DNA of 64,000 nt from Bacteroidota bacterium (GTDB taxonomy: Bacteria > Bacteroidota > Rhodothermia > Balneolales > Balneolaceae): assembly GCA_027621355.1 (NCBI GenBank), contig JAQCBZ010000001.1:53155-117154 (forward strand). The letters are read 5' to 3'. The position numbers and the translations under genes were made by a program. Within the stretch, counting starts at the first letter, position 1. Every line of letters starts with the position of its first letter. The notes beneath the pieces are model-generated. The model saw nothing but the letters and a program-made list of their open reading frames with translations. It did not search any database and was not told where the DNA came from. Below, piece by piece: positions 19,906-30,909 of this stretch.

Positions 19906-20697
19906 TTGCCTGCAAGGATTACCCTTACCACAGATTTTGGATTAGAAGACCACTATGTGGCTTCGATGAAAGGGGTGCTGCTTTCGATGGGTCCCTCAGA
20001 TCTACAGCTGATAGATATCTCCCATACCATTCCTGCAAATGACATCATGGCCGCATCCTGGACCGTTCGTGAGGCCATTCGAACGTTTCCTGTGGATACC
20101 GTTCACCTTGTCGTGGTTGATCCAGGTGTCGGAACCGATCGAGACGCAGTGATTGTTCGATGGAACCAGCAATGGTTTGTAGGTCCTGATAATGGGCTTT
20201 TCTCGTTGATGACAGAGCATGAGGGCGTGGAGGCGTGGCGTTTGAACCAGCCCACGTTCTGGCTAGAGGATGTATCGACAACCTTTCACGGAAGAGACGT
20301 GTTTGCCCCTGTAGCGGCCCATTTAGCCAATGGAGTCAATCCGGAGGCCATGGGTAAGCCTGATCATGCCTTGCTGACATGGCGTTGGGTAGAACCGATT
20401 TTGGACCCTGATGGTATTAGAGGCTGGGTTGCCCACATCGATCGGTTCGGAAATCTCATTAGCAACATCCCAGGGGCTTGGATGGTAGACCGGCCAAGGG
20501 GCTCTTTTAAGATCTATGTGGGTAATACGATTATCGATGCACTTCACTCCACCTTTGGATCGGTCGAGGCAGGGGATGAGGTCGCTTATATTGGAAGCTC
20601 TGGCATGCTAGAAGTCGCCATTAATCAAGGCCACGCTGGGGAGTTGCTGGGCGTTCCAAAAGGATCCCAACTTACCGTGGTGTTCCAACATGCTTAG
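19906..20697 (+). CDS. SAM hydrolase / SAM hydroxide adenosyltransferase (DUF62) family protein
   Basis: ITLTTDFGLEDHYVASMKGV at the N-terminus, and FHGRDVFAP. Confidence 0.85.
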   Translation: MPARITLTTDFGLEDHYVASMKGVLLSMGPSDLQLIDISHTIPANDIMAASWTVREAIRTFPVDTVHLVVVDPGVGTDRDAVIVRWNQQWFVGPDNGLFSLMTEHEGVEAWRLNQPTFWLEDVSTTFHGRDVFAPVAAHLANGVNPEAMGKPDHALLTWRWVEPILDPDGIRGWVAHIDRFGNLISNIPGAWMVDRPRGSFKIYVGNTIIDALHSTFGSVEAGDEVAYIGSSGMLEVAINQGHAGELLGVPKGSQLTVVFQHA

Positions 20698-20698
20698 A

Positions 20699-22351
20699 TT
20701 ACATACTCTCGGGTGCTTCGACCCCAAGCAATGACAAGCCATTTTTGAGCACAGTGGCTGTCACCTCGGCTAGCTTGGCGCGCGATGCCATCACGTTCTT
20801 TGGCTCACCCATAATGCGGCATTCGTGATAGAAGTGCGTGAATTCCTGGGCGGTCTCTTGAAGATAGGTGATCACTTTGTGAGGCTCTTTTGCTCGTGCG
20901 GCGGTTTCAATTACGTCAGGGAAGAAAAAGAGTTTTTTCATCAACGAATGCTCCGCTTCATGCTCGAGGGTTGACCACTCTACATCGCCCGATCGATTCT
21001 CGCCAAGCTCTTCAGAAACCTTTCGAAGTACACTCTGAATTCTAGCGTGGGCATACTGGAGATAAAAAACCGGGTTTTTATCACTTGCCTCTTTGGCCTG
21101 AGCCACATCAAACTCGAGATGGGTCGATGGAGACCTCATCAGGAAGAAGAAGCGTGTCACGTCACTACCCACTTCATTCATCAATTCGTCTAGTGTGACA
21201 AAATTCGCTTTCCGAGTGCTCATTTTGTACGGCTTGCCATCTTTTACAAGAGTCACAAATTGATAGACGAGGACATCAATTTTGCTGACGTCATACCCAA
21301 GCACGTCAATTCCTCGCAAGACATCTGGATAGGTATCGATATGATCGGCGCCAAATATATCAATACAGAGATCAAATCCTCGGTCTAGTTTGTCTCTATG
21401 GTATGCGATATCTGGAAGTCGGTATGTGGGCTCGCCCGACTTTTTAATCAACACCGTGTCTTTGTCCTTTCCCAGCTGACTTGTCGCAAACCAAACGGCT
21501 CCATCTTTTTGGTAGACTAAACCCTTTTCGTTGAGTTTTTCTACAACATCATATATCGCTTTGTTCTCATAAAGCGAATGCTCATTAAAAAAAGAGTCCA
21601 TTTTTACCTGCATCCGGTCAAGGGTGCGGGTGATATCCTCCAAAATGGTTTTCTCTGCGGCCTCTTTGAACACACCCTCACCCTCTTCGCTAAGAAGAGC
21701 GTTGCCATGCCCCTCTACAAGGGTTGCTGCAATTTCAGAAATATATTCACCTTCATATCCTCCTTCAGGGAGTTCGGCTTCTTTGCCCAGCTGCTGAGCG
21801 TATCGAGCCTTCACAGACTCACCTAACATGCGCATCTGTCGACCTGCATTATTAAAATAATACTCACGAGTGACCGAGGCACCACACCATTCATAAAGTC
21901 TCGCCATCGTATCACCCAAGACTGCATTGCGGCCATGGCCAACAGTCAAAGGTCCGGTTGGATTCGCACTGACGAATTCTAGAATGATTTTTTTGCCATC
22001 AAAAGCCTTATTGCGACCAAACACATTCGCATGTTCAGCGAGCTCTTTCATCTCTTGATGGTACACGGATGATTTGAAGCGGATGTTGATAAAACCTGGG
22101 CCTGCAACACCAATATCGATGAAAAGGTCACTTTGTGTGCGTAGTGCGTCTGCGAGTTTGGCCGCAATCGATTGGGGTGCTTCCTTGGCCGCTTTGGCCG
22201 AGACCATGGCAATATTCGTCGATAGATCACCATGTGAAGGGTCTTTTGGCGCCTCTATGGTGTAGTTTGGCAGATCGCTCTCCTTAAGATCAAGCGTTAA
22301 TAGGGCGTTTTGGATCGCTTGGTGAAAGAGGGGTTTGAGGCTCATGGACAC
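20699..22351 (-). CDS. argS: arginine--tRNA ligase
   Basis: 550 aa. SANPTGPLTVGHGR (HIGH region), MSTRK (KMSK-like) and a C-terminal anticodon-binding domain. Confidence 0.95.
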   Translation of the reverse strand: MSMSLKPLFHQAIQNALLTLDLKESDLPNYTIEAPKDPSHGDLSTNIAMVSAKAAKEAPQSIAAKLADALRTQSDLFIDIGVAGPGFINIRFKSSVYHQEMKELAEHANVFGRNKAFDGKKIILEFVSANPTGPLTVGHGRNAVLGDTMARLYEWCGASVTREYYFNNAGRQMRMLGESVKARYAQQLGKEAELPEGGYEGEYISEIAATLVEGHGNALLSEEGEGVFKEAAEKTILEDITRTLDRMQVKMDSFFNEHSLYENKAIYDVVEKLNEKGLVYQKDGAVWFATSQLGKDKDTVLIKKSGEPTYRLPDIAYHRDKLDRGFDLCIDIFGADHIDTYPDVLRGIDVLGYDVSKIDVLVYQFVTLVKDGKPYKMSTRKANFVTLDELMNEVGSDVTRFFFLMRSPSTHLEFDVAQAKEASDKNPVFYLQYAHARIQSVLRKVSEELGENRSGDVEWSTLEHEAEHSLMKKLFFFPDVIETAARAKEPHKVITYLQETAQEFTHFYHECRIMGEPKNVMASRAKLAEVTATVLKNGLSLLGVEAPESM

Positions 22352-22435
22352 AAAGACCGGAGGTCTTAACTAAAGGTTCGAAAGAGTTGTTTTGTCAAAT
22401 ATAGCCATTTTTCATGGGCGCTGAGGGCGCCAGTG

Positions 22436-23119
22436 CTAGAGCAACCCCTTCGACCGAAAGCTCACATAATGATCTCCCGCTATAATAATATGATCATCCA
22501 ATGGGATGCCAAGAATCCTCCCCGATTCAGCGATTCGTTGGGTAAGGCTAAGGTCTGCATGGCTCTCCTGGGCCGTGCCAGAAGGGTGATTATGCGCCAC
22601 AATAATCGATCCTGCATGATGAAGGATAGCCTGTCTCATCACCTCAGATGGGTCAACAATCGTCGCAGTCATCCCTCCTTCACTGACCGTTTGGATGCCC
22701 ACCAGCTTTTTTGCGTGGTTCAAAAACCCCACAAGAAAGTGTTCCTTTTTTAAGTCGCGCAGCATGGGGCGAAAAACCTTGACTGCTTCCTGAGGTGAGC
22801 GAATCTTTGGTTTTTCTGTAATCGGTGTGCTATCGATACGTCTTGCCAATTCAAATGAGGCTTCGAGCGTTAACGCCTTCACTCTACCCAGACCCTCTTC
22901 TGTAGCTAGTTCAGCATAGGAGCAGCGAACTAACTCCCGAATCCCACCGTATTTGCGCAACAAGTCCTTGGCTAAGTCTAAGACAGGGCGTTGACGGCTC
23001 CCTGTACGAAGCAAAATGGCCAGAAGCTCTCCTTCTGTTAATGATTTTGCCCCATATCGCACCATTTTTTCCCTAGGTTTTTCTGAATGTCTATCTGTAT
23101 GCCTTTCCGTGTTTTCCAT
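22436..23119 (-). CDS. radC: RadC-family JAB-domain protein
   Basis: HhH-like N-terminus LLAILLRTG and the JAMM motif AHNHPSG. Confidence 0.9.
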   Translation of the reverse strand: MENTERHTDRHSEKPREKMVRYGAKSLTEGELLAILLRTGSRQRPVLDLAKDLLRKYGGIRELVRCSYAELATEEGLGRVKALTLEASFELARRIDSTPITEKPKIRSPQEAVKVFRPMLRDLKKEHFLVGFLNHAKKLVGIQTVSEGGMTATIVDPSEVMRQAILHHAGSIIVAHNHPSGTAQESHADLSLTQRIAESGRILGIPLDDHIIIAGDHYVSFRSKGLL

Positions 23120-23257
23120 GCTCTACAGAACACCTCGTTGGGTTTTCCTTTCATGGCTTTTTTGCTTTTCTGTCATATGTAAGGAATGCGCGCTGAGACG
23201 TTCCGGGTTACAATAAGACGTTAATAGTACACTTCGCATTAAACACATCGCATTCAT

Positions 23258-23725
23258 ATGGTATCCAAAGGAGACAAAATAACGTTCGATTTTCAGTTAA
23301 ATGTGGTTCAAGATGGAATAGAAAAAGAGGTGCGGTTTGATGACCTATTGACCCAACCAACAGTGGTCACGGTGTACATGAAGAATAATACCCGAAGCTG
23401 TGATTTGCAGAATGTCTCCCTTGTGCCTGTCGCTGAGGAACTTGCAAAAAAAGGGATCCAAATTGTCTCCCTTAGCAAAGATGGGTGCAAGTCTCACATA
23501 AATTATGCTGCGAAGCACGGCATCCCATACATCCTGGCATCAGACCCTGACCATTCCTTTGCACAAGCCACCGATTCCATGGTCGAGAAGAAGATGTATG
23601 GAAAGGTGTTTCATGGCCCCTCAAGAAGTGCCTTTTTCATAGATACCGATGGGACCGTTTTGGGGGTCATTGAGAAGGTAACCCCTGCCTCGCACGGAGA
23701 GGAAATCCTCGCTCTCGTTTCGTAG
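23258..23725 (+). CDS. Bcp-type peroxiredoxin / thioredoxin-fold protein
   Basis: 155 aa. The candidate peroxidatic Cys sits in a TRSC context. Overall pattern is AhpC/TSA-like. Confidence 0.65.
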   Translation: MVSKGDKITFDFQLNVVQDGIEKEVRFDDLLTQPTVVTVYMKNNTRSCDLQNVSLVPVAEELAKKGIQIVSLSKDGCKSHINYAAKHGIPYILASDPDHSFAQATDSMVEKKMYGKVFHGPSRSAFFIDTDGTVLGVIEKVTPASHGEEILALVS

Positions 23726-23751
23726 GCAAAAAAAACGTACTATTTAGTGCC

Positions 23752-26310
23752 ATGAAACGACTTGTTATAGTAGAATCCCCGACCAAAACGAAAACCATTA
23801 AGCAGTATTTGCCTGATGATGTGATTGTGGATGCGTCTATGGGGCATATTAGAGACCTGCCTTCCTCCGCTAAAGAGGTTCCTGAAAAGTATAAGAAGCT
23901 TCCTTGGTCCTCACTAGGCATTAATGTAGAGAATGATTTTGAGCCTTTATATGTAATTCCCACTGACAAAAAAAAGGTGGTGAAGAAACTCAAAGACCAT
24001 CTCAAAGGGGTAGACGAGTTGATTCTTGCAACGGATGAGGACCGCGAAGGCGAGGCCATTTCGTGGCATTTGCTTGAGGTTCTCCAGCCCAAAGTGCCTG
24101 TAAAGCGAATGGTGTTTAAGGAGATCACCAAGGAAGCCATCCAACGTGCCCTTGAAGAGACGCGGGAGCTCGATTTAGACCTCGTGCATGCGCAGGAAAC
24201 CCGTCGCTTACTGGATCGGCTTGCGGGATATTCTATCTCTCCGCTTCTGTGGAAAAAAATTGCCCCAGGCCTCTCCGCAGGACGTGTTCAATCTGTTGCC
24301 GTTGCACTCATTGTTGCACGAGAACGTGAGCGATTAGCATTCAGAAAAGGAACCTACTTTGACCTTAAGGCAGTGCTCCATGCAGGCGCCTCATTTGAAT
24401 CACAACTTTCTGCGCTGGATGGAACCCCCATTGCCAAGGGTAAAGACTTTGATGAACAGACAGGGGGGCTCAAAAACCCTTCCGCTGTAACCCTTCTAGA
24501 CCAGGTTACAACCGAGGCCTTGAAGGAAGAATTCGAAAAGGGTGAATGGACCGTTTCAAGCGTGGAAAAAACCCAACAAAAACGGACGCCTGCTCTCCCT
24601 TTTATTACCTCCACACTGCAGCAAGAGGCCAATCGAAAGCTCGGTTTGTCAGCGCGGGATACCATGAGTGTTGCCCAAAAGCTTTATGAAAAGGGGTGGA
24701 TTACCTACATGAGGACCGATTCACCCGCTTTGTCTGATCAAGCGGTTCAAGCAGCACGAGATGGAATCCTTGAGAAATATGGCGAGGCCTATTTAGCCAA
24801 AACTATTCGGCGGGCCAAAGGAAAACAAAAATCAGCCCAAGAGGCTCACGAGGCAATTCGCCCTTCTGGATCCTCCTTCAAAGATCCTGATAAAACAGGC
24901 CTTTCGGGCAGGGAATACAAACTCTACGATTTAATATGGAAGCGAACTGTAGCATTCCAAATGGCTGATGCTCAGCTTGAGTTTACCAATGTCGTGATTG
25001 AGGCTAAAGGAGATAAGCACATTGGTGAATTCAAAGCAAGTGGCAAGCAAGTCCTTTTTCCTGGCTTTTTTAGGGCTTATGTAGAAGGATCTGATGACCC
25101 TGAGGCAGCCCTCGATTCACAGGACAGCCCATTACCCGCGTTGGACAAAGGTCAGTCGTTAGATTGTCAAGATCTTGAAGCCGTAGGCCACGAAACCAAG
25201 CCGCCGGCTAGGTTCACAGAAGCAACCCTAGTGAAAGAGCTCGAAAAACAAGGCATCGGCCGGCCAAGTACATACGCAACGATTATTAGTACCATTCAGG
25301 ATCGTGGCTATGTCGTTTCTGAAGGCAAGGCGCTGGCACCTACATTCACTGCCTTTGCTGTGACCACACTTCTGGAGGAGTATTTCCCAGATATTGTCAA
25401 TACAGAGTTCACCTCGATCTTAGAACAAAAGCTTGACGGCATTGCGCAGGGCACCGTCGACCCAACTGTCTATCTGCGTGATTATTATCTAGGCGAGCGG
25501 GGCTTAAAAGAAGTGGTAGAGAAACAGGAATCAAAAATAGATGCGGCTGTGGCCCGGCGCATTCACTTGCCTATCGAAGGATTGGATGAGAAAGAGATCT
25601 TGATTGGTCGATATGGGCCCTATGTCCGTACGACGTCGAATGGAGAGTCTGTCTCCGCATCGATTCCGAATGACCTCACCCCTGGATCCATCGACGCTTC
25701 AACCCTTGATAAAGTGATACAGGCTGAAAAGGATGGGCCCGTTTCCCTTGGAAAAGACCCTGAAACTGACCTTGATATTTTTGTACTGAGCGGTCGCTTT
25801 GGGCCCTATCTTCAACTTGGTGAGCAGGCCGATCCTAAAACAAAACCAAAGCGAGTCTCAATTCCAAAGGGTGTCGATCCAGGGTCTATTGATTTAGATA
25901 CAGCACTGGGATACCTATCCTTGCCTCGGTTGGTGGGGAATCATCCCGAAACAGGAGAAGAGATACGGGCAGGAATTGGTCGATACGGTCCTTTTGTCGT
26001 GCATCAAGGAACTTTTAAGTCCCTCACTAAGGAGGATCATGTTCTCGATGTCTCGCTCGATCGTGCCCTTGAGCTCTTATCACAAGCACCACAGCGCGGA
26101 GGAGGTAAAACGGTTTTGCTCGATTTAGGGAAGCATCCAGAAAAAGAGACTCCGATTCAGGTGCTCGATGGGCGTTATGGCCCCTACATTAAGGCTGGCA
26201 CGAAAAATATCTCTATACCAAAAGCGATAAATCCATTAGATTTAACCTTAGAACAAGCCCTTGAGTTGATCAAGGCAAAAGAAGGATCTAAAAAGAAAAA
26301 GCGTACTTGA
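23752..26310 (+). CDS. topA: DNA topoisomerase I
   Basis: Toprim start LVIVESPTK and ATDEDREGEAISWH. Four C-terminal GR(Y/F)GP(Y/F) repeats with no Cys4 zinc ribbons. Lys-rich tail. Confidence 0.95.
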   Translation: MKRLVIVESPTKTKTIKQYLPDDVIVDASMGHIRDLPSSAKEVPEKYKKLPWSSLGINVENDFEPLYVIPTDKKKVVKKLKDHLKGVDELILATDEDREGEAISWHLLEVLQPKVPVKRMVFKEITKEAIQRALEETRELDLDLVHAQETRRLLDRLAGYSISPLLWKKIAPGLSAGRVQSVAVALIVARERERLAFRKGTYFDLKAVLHAGASFESQLSALDGTPIAKGKDFDEQTGGLKNPSAVTLLDQVTTEALKEEFEKGEWTVSSVEKTQQKRTPALPFITSTLQQEANRKLGLSARDTMSVAQKLYEKGWITYMRTDSPALSDQAVQAARDGILEKYGEAYLAKTIRRAKGKQKSAQEAHEAIRPSGSSFKDPDKTGLSGREYKLYDLIWKRTVAFQMADAQLEFTNVVIEAKGDKHIGEFKASGKQVLFPGFFRAYVEGSDDPEAALDSQDSPLPALDKGQSLDCQDLEAVGHETKPPARFTEATLVKELEKQGIGRPSTYATIISTIQDRGYVVSEGKALAPTFTAFAVTTLLEEYFPDIVNTEFTSILEQKLDGIAQGTVDPTVYLRDYYLGERGLKEVVEKQESKIDAAVARRIHLPIEGLDEKEILIGRYGPYVRTTSNGESVSASIPNDLTPGSIDASTLDKVIQAEKDGPVSLGKDPETDLDIFVLSGRFGPYLQLGEQADPKTKPKRVSIPKGVDPGSIDLDTALGYLSLPRLVGNHPETGEEIRAGIGRYGPFVVHQGTFKSLTKEDHVLDVSLDRALELLSQAPQRGGGKTVLLDLGKHPEKETPIQVLDGRYGPYIKAGTKNISIPKAINPLDLTLEQALELIKAKEGSKKKKRT

Positions 26311-26350
26311 TGACCGCTTGACATAACTTTTTGTCACAACTGTCGGCCTT

Positions 26351-26929
26351 ATGCCAAACACTTCGGACCTCATTCGGAAAACGACGTTTGTCTATCCTCC
26401 CAATCTGCATGAGCTCGATTTGGCCTCGATGGTCACCATGTATCGCTCAAGAGGGGAGCCCCGCAAAGCGGCTCCTGGAAAAATGTTGGCCTGTGCATTA
26501 ACCAAAGAGCTTATCCGTGAAGGGAAGTGGTGGTTTGGCCTCTATTATAGTCAATCCTCTTGGGACTCCTTGCTTACCAAAAATGCAAAAGGTGTTCCCA
26601 TGACGCCTACAGAGTTTCTGGCCATGGGAAAAATTGCCACTTCACAAGAACCCGTGTATAGAGAGTTTTTGGAGGTTCAGCTTGATGTTTCGCCCAAACT
26701 TTCTTACTTATTACTCAACGACTTAAAGCAGTTTGGGTTCGTGCTCGAAGATCCTCAAAGCGTCCTAACTTTATCCCTAGATGGTGAGAAAGCATTGGAT
26801 GGACTAAGCCGCAGGCTCTTTGAGAAACGCTTTCAACCTGACCTCCTTTTTGACACCCTCGATACAGACTCCTCGTCATCGAGCCCCTCGCGCGCAAGCA
26901 CCGTAAATCAAGTCTCTCTATTTACGTAA
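26351..26929 (+). CDS. hypothetical protein (possible winged-helix segment, Ser-rich tail)
   Basis: 192-aa ORF with no motif I can assign. The C-terminus reads DTDSSSSSPSRAS. Confidence 0.4.
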   Translation: MPNTSDLIRKTTFVYPPNLHELDLASMVTMYRSRGEPRKAAPGKMLACALTKELIREGKWWFGLYYSQSSWDSLLTKNAKGVPMTPTEFLAMGKIATSQEPVYREFLEVQLDVSPKLSYLLLNDLKQFGFVLEDPQSVLTLSLDGEKALDGLSRRLFEKRFQPDLLFDTLDTDSSSSSPSRASTVNQVSLFT

Positions 26930-26967
26930 ACCTTCGAGAGCTGCTTGCCTTTCCTTGAAGCATAACT

Positions 26968-27570
26968 GTGGCTGCTTCAAGCGTCTATCTGCCGCACCCC
27001 TTACTCATTCAATCATTACACTCCATGAACATGAAGAAGGACTTCTTCAAGGCTGTGTTGACCCATGATCAAGACACCTTAAATTCACTTTTGCCACGAC
27101 TCACCACTGAACTCCAACAATACCTGCAGCGACACTATCAAGCAGATCCTCCGGATGCTCAAGATGCTGTTCAGTCTGCCTTGCTCTACGTCATAGAGAA
27201 AATCCACAGTCAATCACTTCACACGCCTGAAGCTGCCCTTAAATACCTCTATCTCACGTCAAGGCATCGCTATCTTCGAACCATCTATCAATCCAAGAAA
27301 CTGGTGTTTATGACAAATGAGCGTCAAGAACCCTTTGTGAATGACTCGCAAGTAGACACCCTGATATTATTGGAAGAACGAGGGGTTTTGGAAGAATGCA
27401 TTGCCAAGCTAAACGTTGAAAGCCAACGATTTGTAAGGGCCTTGCTTCAATCTCCTCCGCCCTCGACAGAGGCGTTGGCTCGGGAGTTTGGGTGTCGTGA
27501 AACCACGATTTGGGTTCGAAAACACCGGCTTACGGCATTGCTCGCACGATGTGTTGAAGGGTCGATGTAA
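26968..27570 (+). CDS. divergent sigma-70/ECF-like protein
   Basis: Region-2-like DAQDAVQSALLYVIEKI and region-4-like HTH STEALAREFGCRETTIWVRKHRL. The probable start is the internal Met at 27025. Confidence 0.45.
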   Translation: MAASSVYLPHPLLIQSLHSMNMKKDFFKAVLTHDQDTLNSLLPRLTTELQQYLQRHYQADPPDAQDAVQSALLYVIEKIHSQSLHTPEAALKYLYLTSRHRYLRTIYQSKKLVFMTNERQEPFVNDSQVDTLILLEERGVLEECIAKLNVESQRFVRALLQSPPPSTEALAREFGCRETTIWVRKHRLTALLARCVEGSM

Positions 27571-27589
27571 TGGGCTAGGACTAGGCTGC

Positions 27590-29680
27590 TCAATCCCTTG
27601 CTGCACCCATCGGCAAAGGTGCAAGCTGTTCTTTGGTATGGTGCATCAAGGTGGGGTGACTTGCAAGGGTAGGCTCCCCGTCTTGTGGTCTCACTTTATG
27701 ATAGGACCCATCAGGCTTGCAGACCCAACTTTGGTGATTATCCTTGAGATAGACCTCCATCACGTATTGTAAGTAGCGCTGGAGCGCAGGAGAGGTAATT
27801 GGCGTAATGGCTTCAATCCTTGCATCAAGGTTTCGGTGCATCCAGTCTGCAGACCCTATGTAATACTCTGGTTGGCCATCATTGGCAAAGATGTAACAGC
27901 GTGAATGTTCCAAAAAGCGCCCTAAAATGGACCTTACTCGAATTCGCTCTGATAGTCCCGGCTTTCCTGGGACGAGTCTGCAAACACCTCGAACGATAAA
28001 ATCCATTTCTACCCCTGCCTCCGAAGCCTCATACAGCAGTTCGATGAGCTCTGCATCTTCTAAGCTGTTCATTTTGGCAACAATACCCGCAGGCTTGCCT
28101 TGCTTTGCATGGTCGATTTCTCTGTGAATCATCTCTACGAAACGGGACCGCATAGAGCGTGGCGCAACGAGCAGCTTGTCGTACGTTTGGGTCAACGCAT
28201 AGCCAGTGAGGCTATTAAATAGTTTGGTTACATCGTCCGCCAGCACTTCATCTGTCGTAAAGAGGCCAAAGTCTTCATAGAGATAGGCTGTTTTGGGGTG
28301 ATAATTCCCCGTACCAATATGGACGTATCGGCGCGGTGCTCCGTCCTCTTCACGAACGACAATTGTTAGTTTGGAGTGAATCTTTAGCCCCGCCACTCCA
28401 TAGGACACATGGACGCCTGCTTTCTCAAGCTGCTGGGCCCAGTAGATATTTTGCTCTTCGTCAAAACGAGCCTTTAACTCCACCAACACAGCAACTTGCT
28501 TGCCCGCATTGGCCGCCCGTATCAACGCATGCATCACAGGGGAGTCGCTTGATGTGCGATAAAGAGTTTGTTTGATCGCCAGGACCTGTGGGTCGGCTGC
28601 CGCTTCTTCCACAAATCGTTGTGTTGACATCTCAAAGCTATGGTAGGGGTGATGCACAAGGTAATCCTGCTTCATCGTTTCAAAAAACGACCCCTGTTCT
28701 TCTTGTTCCTCATAAACTGGGTGTGGCAAGGGGTGCCACGGGTGCTCTTTGAGTGAGTCAAACCCCTTCATGGTGGCAATGGACATGAGGTCAACCAGTC
28801 CAATGGGCCCCTCCATGCGGTAAATGTCCCTCTCCTCCACACGTAATTCCCTCTTTAGTAACTCTGTAATATCATCCGGGGTCTCCGCATCCAGCTCAAG
28901 TCGCACAATTTCAGCAAATCGCCGCTCCCGTAATTCATCAGCGATCATCTCGAGAAGGTCTTCAGCCTCTTCCTCATTGCGCTCTATATCCGCGTTTCTG
29001 GTCACTCGGAATAGGTGTGTTGCCTCTACCTCCATCCCTGGGAAAAAAGCACTCATGTTGAGCCCTATAAGCTCACTTGTCGACACCATAATGCGAGATG
29101 AGTCCGTTTCCTCCATCACAACCCAACGAGGCCTGTTGGCAGGCACTTTAATCCTTGCGTAGAGCTTCTCCTCTGTTTTGGGATGTCGCAATCGCACCAT
29201 ATAGGAGCGACTTTGATTGGAGATCGTTGGGAAAGGGTGCGCTTCATCAATCGCCAACGGCGTAATGATGGGATAGATCTGTGTTTTGAAATACTCCTCT
29301 GCCTTGGCCTGTAGGGCCGGGGATAAATCTGCAAACGACTTCATTTGAATGCCCTTCTCTGCCATCTGCGGAAGAAGTTCTTCAAAATAACAGGAGCGAT
29401 AGGCAGCGATCATCTTTTGAACATCTTCACGGATCAAATCGAGCTGTTGATCAGGCGTTAACCCATCAACAGACAAATCTGTAACCCCCGCAAGCAGCTG
29501 TCTTTTAAGGCCACCCACCCTTTTTTGGAAGAACTCATCAAGATTGGAGCAGACTATGGAGATAAATTTGACCCTTTCCAGTAGCGGCCTGTCACGATCT
29601 TGTGCTAGCGAAAGGACGCGCCAGTTAAACTGGAGCCAGCTTGATTCGTAATTAAAAAAGTGATCATGATGGGTTGCCAT
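27590..29680 (-). CDS. ppk1: polyphosphate kinase 1
   Basis: 696 aa. FFNYESSWLQFNWRVL N-terminus, and KIHSKLTIV plus a second PLD-like domain. Confidence 0.95.
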   Translation of the reverse strand: MATHHDHFFNYESSWLQFNWRVLSLAQDRDRPLLERVKFISIVCSNLDEFFQKRVGGLKRQLLAGVTDLSVDGLTPDQQLDLIREDVQKMIAAYRSCYFEELLPQMAEKGIQMKSFADLSPALQAKAEEYFKTQIYPIITPLAIDEAHPFPTISNQSRSYMVRLRHPKTEEKLYARIKVPANRPRWVVMEETDSSRIMVSTSELIGLNMSAFFPGMEVEATHLFRVTRNADIERNEEEAEDLLEMIADELRERRFAEIVRLELDAETPDDITELLKRELRVEERDIYRMEGPIGLVDLMSIATMKGFDSLKEHPWHPLPHPVYEEQEEQGSFFETMKQDYLVHHPYHSFEMSTQRFVEEAAADPQVLAIKQTLYRTSSDSPVMHALIRAANAGKQVAVLVELKARFDEEQNIYWAQQLEKAGVHVSYGVAGLKIHSKLTIVVREEDGAPRRYVHIGTGNYHPKTAYLYEDFGLFTTDEVLADDVTKLFNSLTGYALTQTYDKLLVAPRSMRSRFVEMIHREIDHAKQGKPAGIVAKMNSLEDAELIELLYEASEAGVEMDFIVRGVCRLVPGKPGLSERIRVRSILGRFLEHSRCYIFANDGQPEYYIGSADWMHRNLDARIEAITPITSPALQRYLQYVMEVYLKDNHQSWVCKPDGSYHKVRPQDGEPTLASHPTLMHHTKEQLAPLPMGAARD

Positions 29681-29733
29681 AGCCTAAAAGTTACTTAGAA
29701 AGCGACGACTTTATGTGTTAAATTCTTCTTACG

Positions 29734-30786
29734 ATGTCCAACCCACTCCTCGACCCATCACTGCCAGACGATACGCCACTAGAAGAGGTCGATAGTACAA
29801 TTCGTCCCTCAAGAATGGATGAATTTATGGGGCAGCACAAAGTGGTGGAAAACCTGAATGTATTCATCCAGGCTGCCAATAAGCGAGGGGAAGCGCTTGA
29901 TCATGTCTTGCTTTCTGGGCCACCAGGACTTGGAAAAACGACCCTTGCGGCCATTATTGCAAAAGAGATGGGCGGGCAGTTTCGTCCCACCACCGGGCCC
30001 GTGTTGGAAAAACCCGGGGATTTGGCTGGCATTCTTACACAGTGTCAACCTGGTGATATACTTTTTATTGATGAAATCCACCGACTTAATACGGTGATAG
30101 AGGAGTATTTGTACTCGGCGATGGAAGATTTTCGGCTTGATATTATGATTGATTCTGGCCCTAATGCACGCAGTGTTCAAATAGACCTAAATCCATTCAC
30201 CCTCGTCGGCGCTACCACAAGAAAAGGGCTCCTCACCGCCCCTTTGAGAGCACGTTTTGGGATCGACATGAGGCTTGATTATTACGAAACAGAGCTCTTA
30301 CAGCGCATTGTTTTACGCTCCGCATCTATTTTGGGCTATGAAACCTCCGATGAAGGGGCGCATGAAATTGCCCGGAGAAGCCGTGGCACCCCAAGGGTCG
30401 CAAACAGACTTTTGCGGCGAACGCGTGATTTTGCCGATGTCGAAAACAAAGAAATAATTGATGCACAAATAGCCGATAAAGCCCTCAATGCCCTCGATGT
30501 AGACATGCACGGGCTCGACGACATGGATGCGCGTATTTTGCGGGCGATCATCGAGAATTATCGGGGTGGACCTGTTGGTCTTTCTACCTTGGCTGTCGCC
30601 GCTGGAGAAGACAAAGGGACGCTTGAGGAGGTCTACGAGCCCTATTTAATCAAACAGGGCTATTTGCAGCGCACTCCAAAGGGTCGGGTTGCAACAGATA
30701 AAGCATACACCTTGCTTGGGATACCCCCACCACCGGCGCCTGGGGCAAATGAACCTTCTTCAGGGCCTTCGTTGTTTGATACATAA
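29734..30786 (+). CDS. ruvB: Holliday junction branch migration helicase RuvB
   Basis: Walker [32 protein letters not shown]. Confidence 0.95.
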   Translation: MSNPLLDPSLPDDTPLEEVDSTIRPSRMDEFMGQHKVVENLNVFIQAANKRGEALDHVLLSGPPGLGKTTLAAIIAKEMGGQFRPTTGPVLEKPGDLAGILTQCQPGDILFIDEIHRLNTVIEEYLYSAMEDFRLDIMIDSGPNARSVQIDLNPFTLVGATTRKGLLTAPLRARFGIDMRLDYYETELLQRIVLRSASILGYETSDEGAHEIARRSRGTPRVANRLLRRTRDFADVENKEIIDAQIADKALNALDVDMHGLDDMDARILRAIIENYRGGPVGLSTLAVAAGEDKGTLEEVYEPYLIKQGYLQRTPKGRVATDKAYTLLGIPPPPAPGANEPSSGPSLFDT

Positions 30787-30909
30787 TGCTTGGCGAGGTT
30801 CAGTGTTTGAACCCTCCAGCACTGGTATTGAATCATTCATTGTGTTAATCCACCGTGTTCATTTTTTGCGTAATTTTATTCATCAACCCTAAGAACCTAT
30901 TTCAAATCC

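Noticed and set aside
23667-24140. 157-aa antisense ORF overlapping the topA 5' region, with similar antisense ORFs inside murF-like, glgB, rho, gyrA and gyrB
   Set aside because: They lie fully inside strongly supported genes on the other strand, and their composition is low-complexity or biased, as expected for shadow ORFs.
30787-30909. Possible SAM riboswitch in the metK leader
   Set aside because: I could not find the conserved SAM-I core elements or a convincing alternative SAM-class pseudoknot by eye. A covariance-model scan would be needed to say more.
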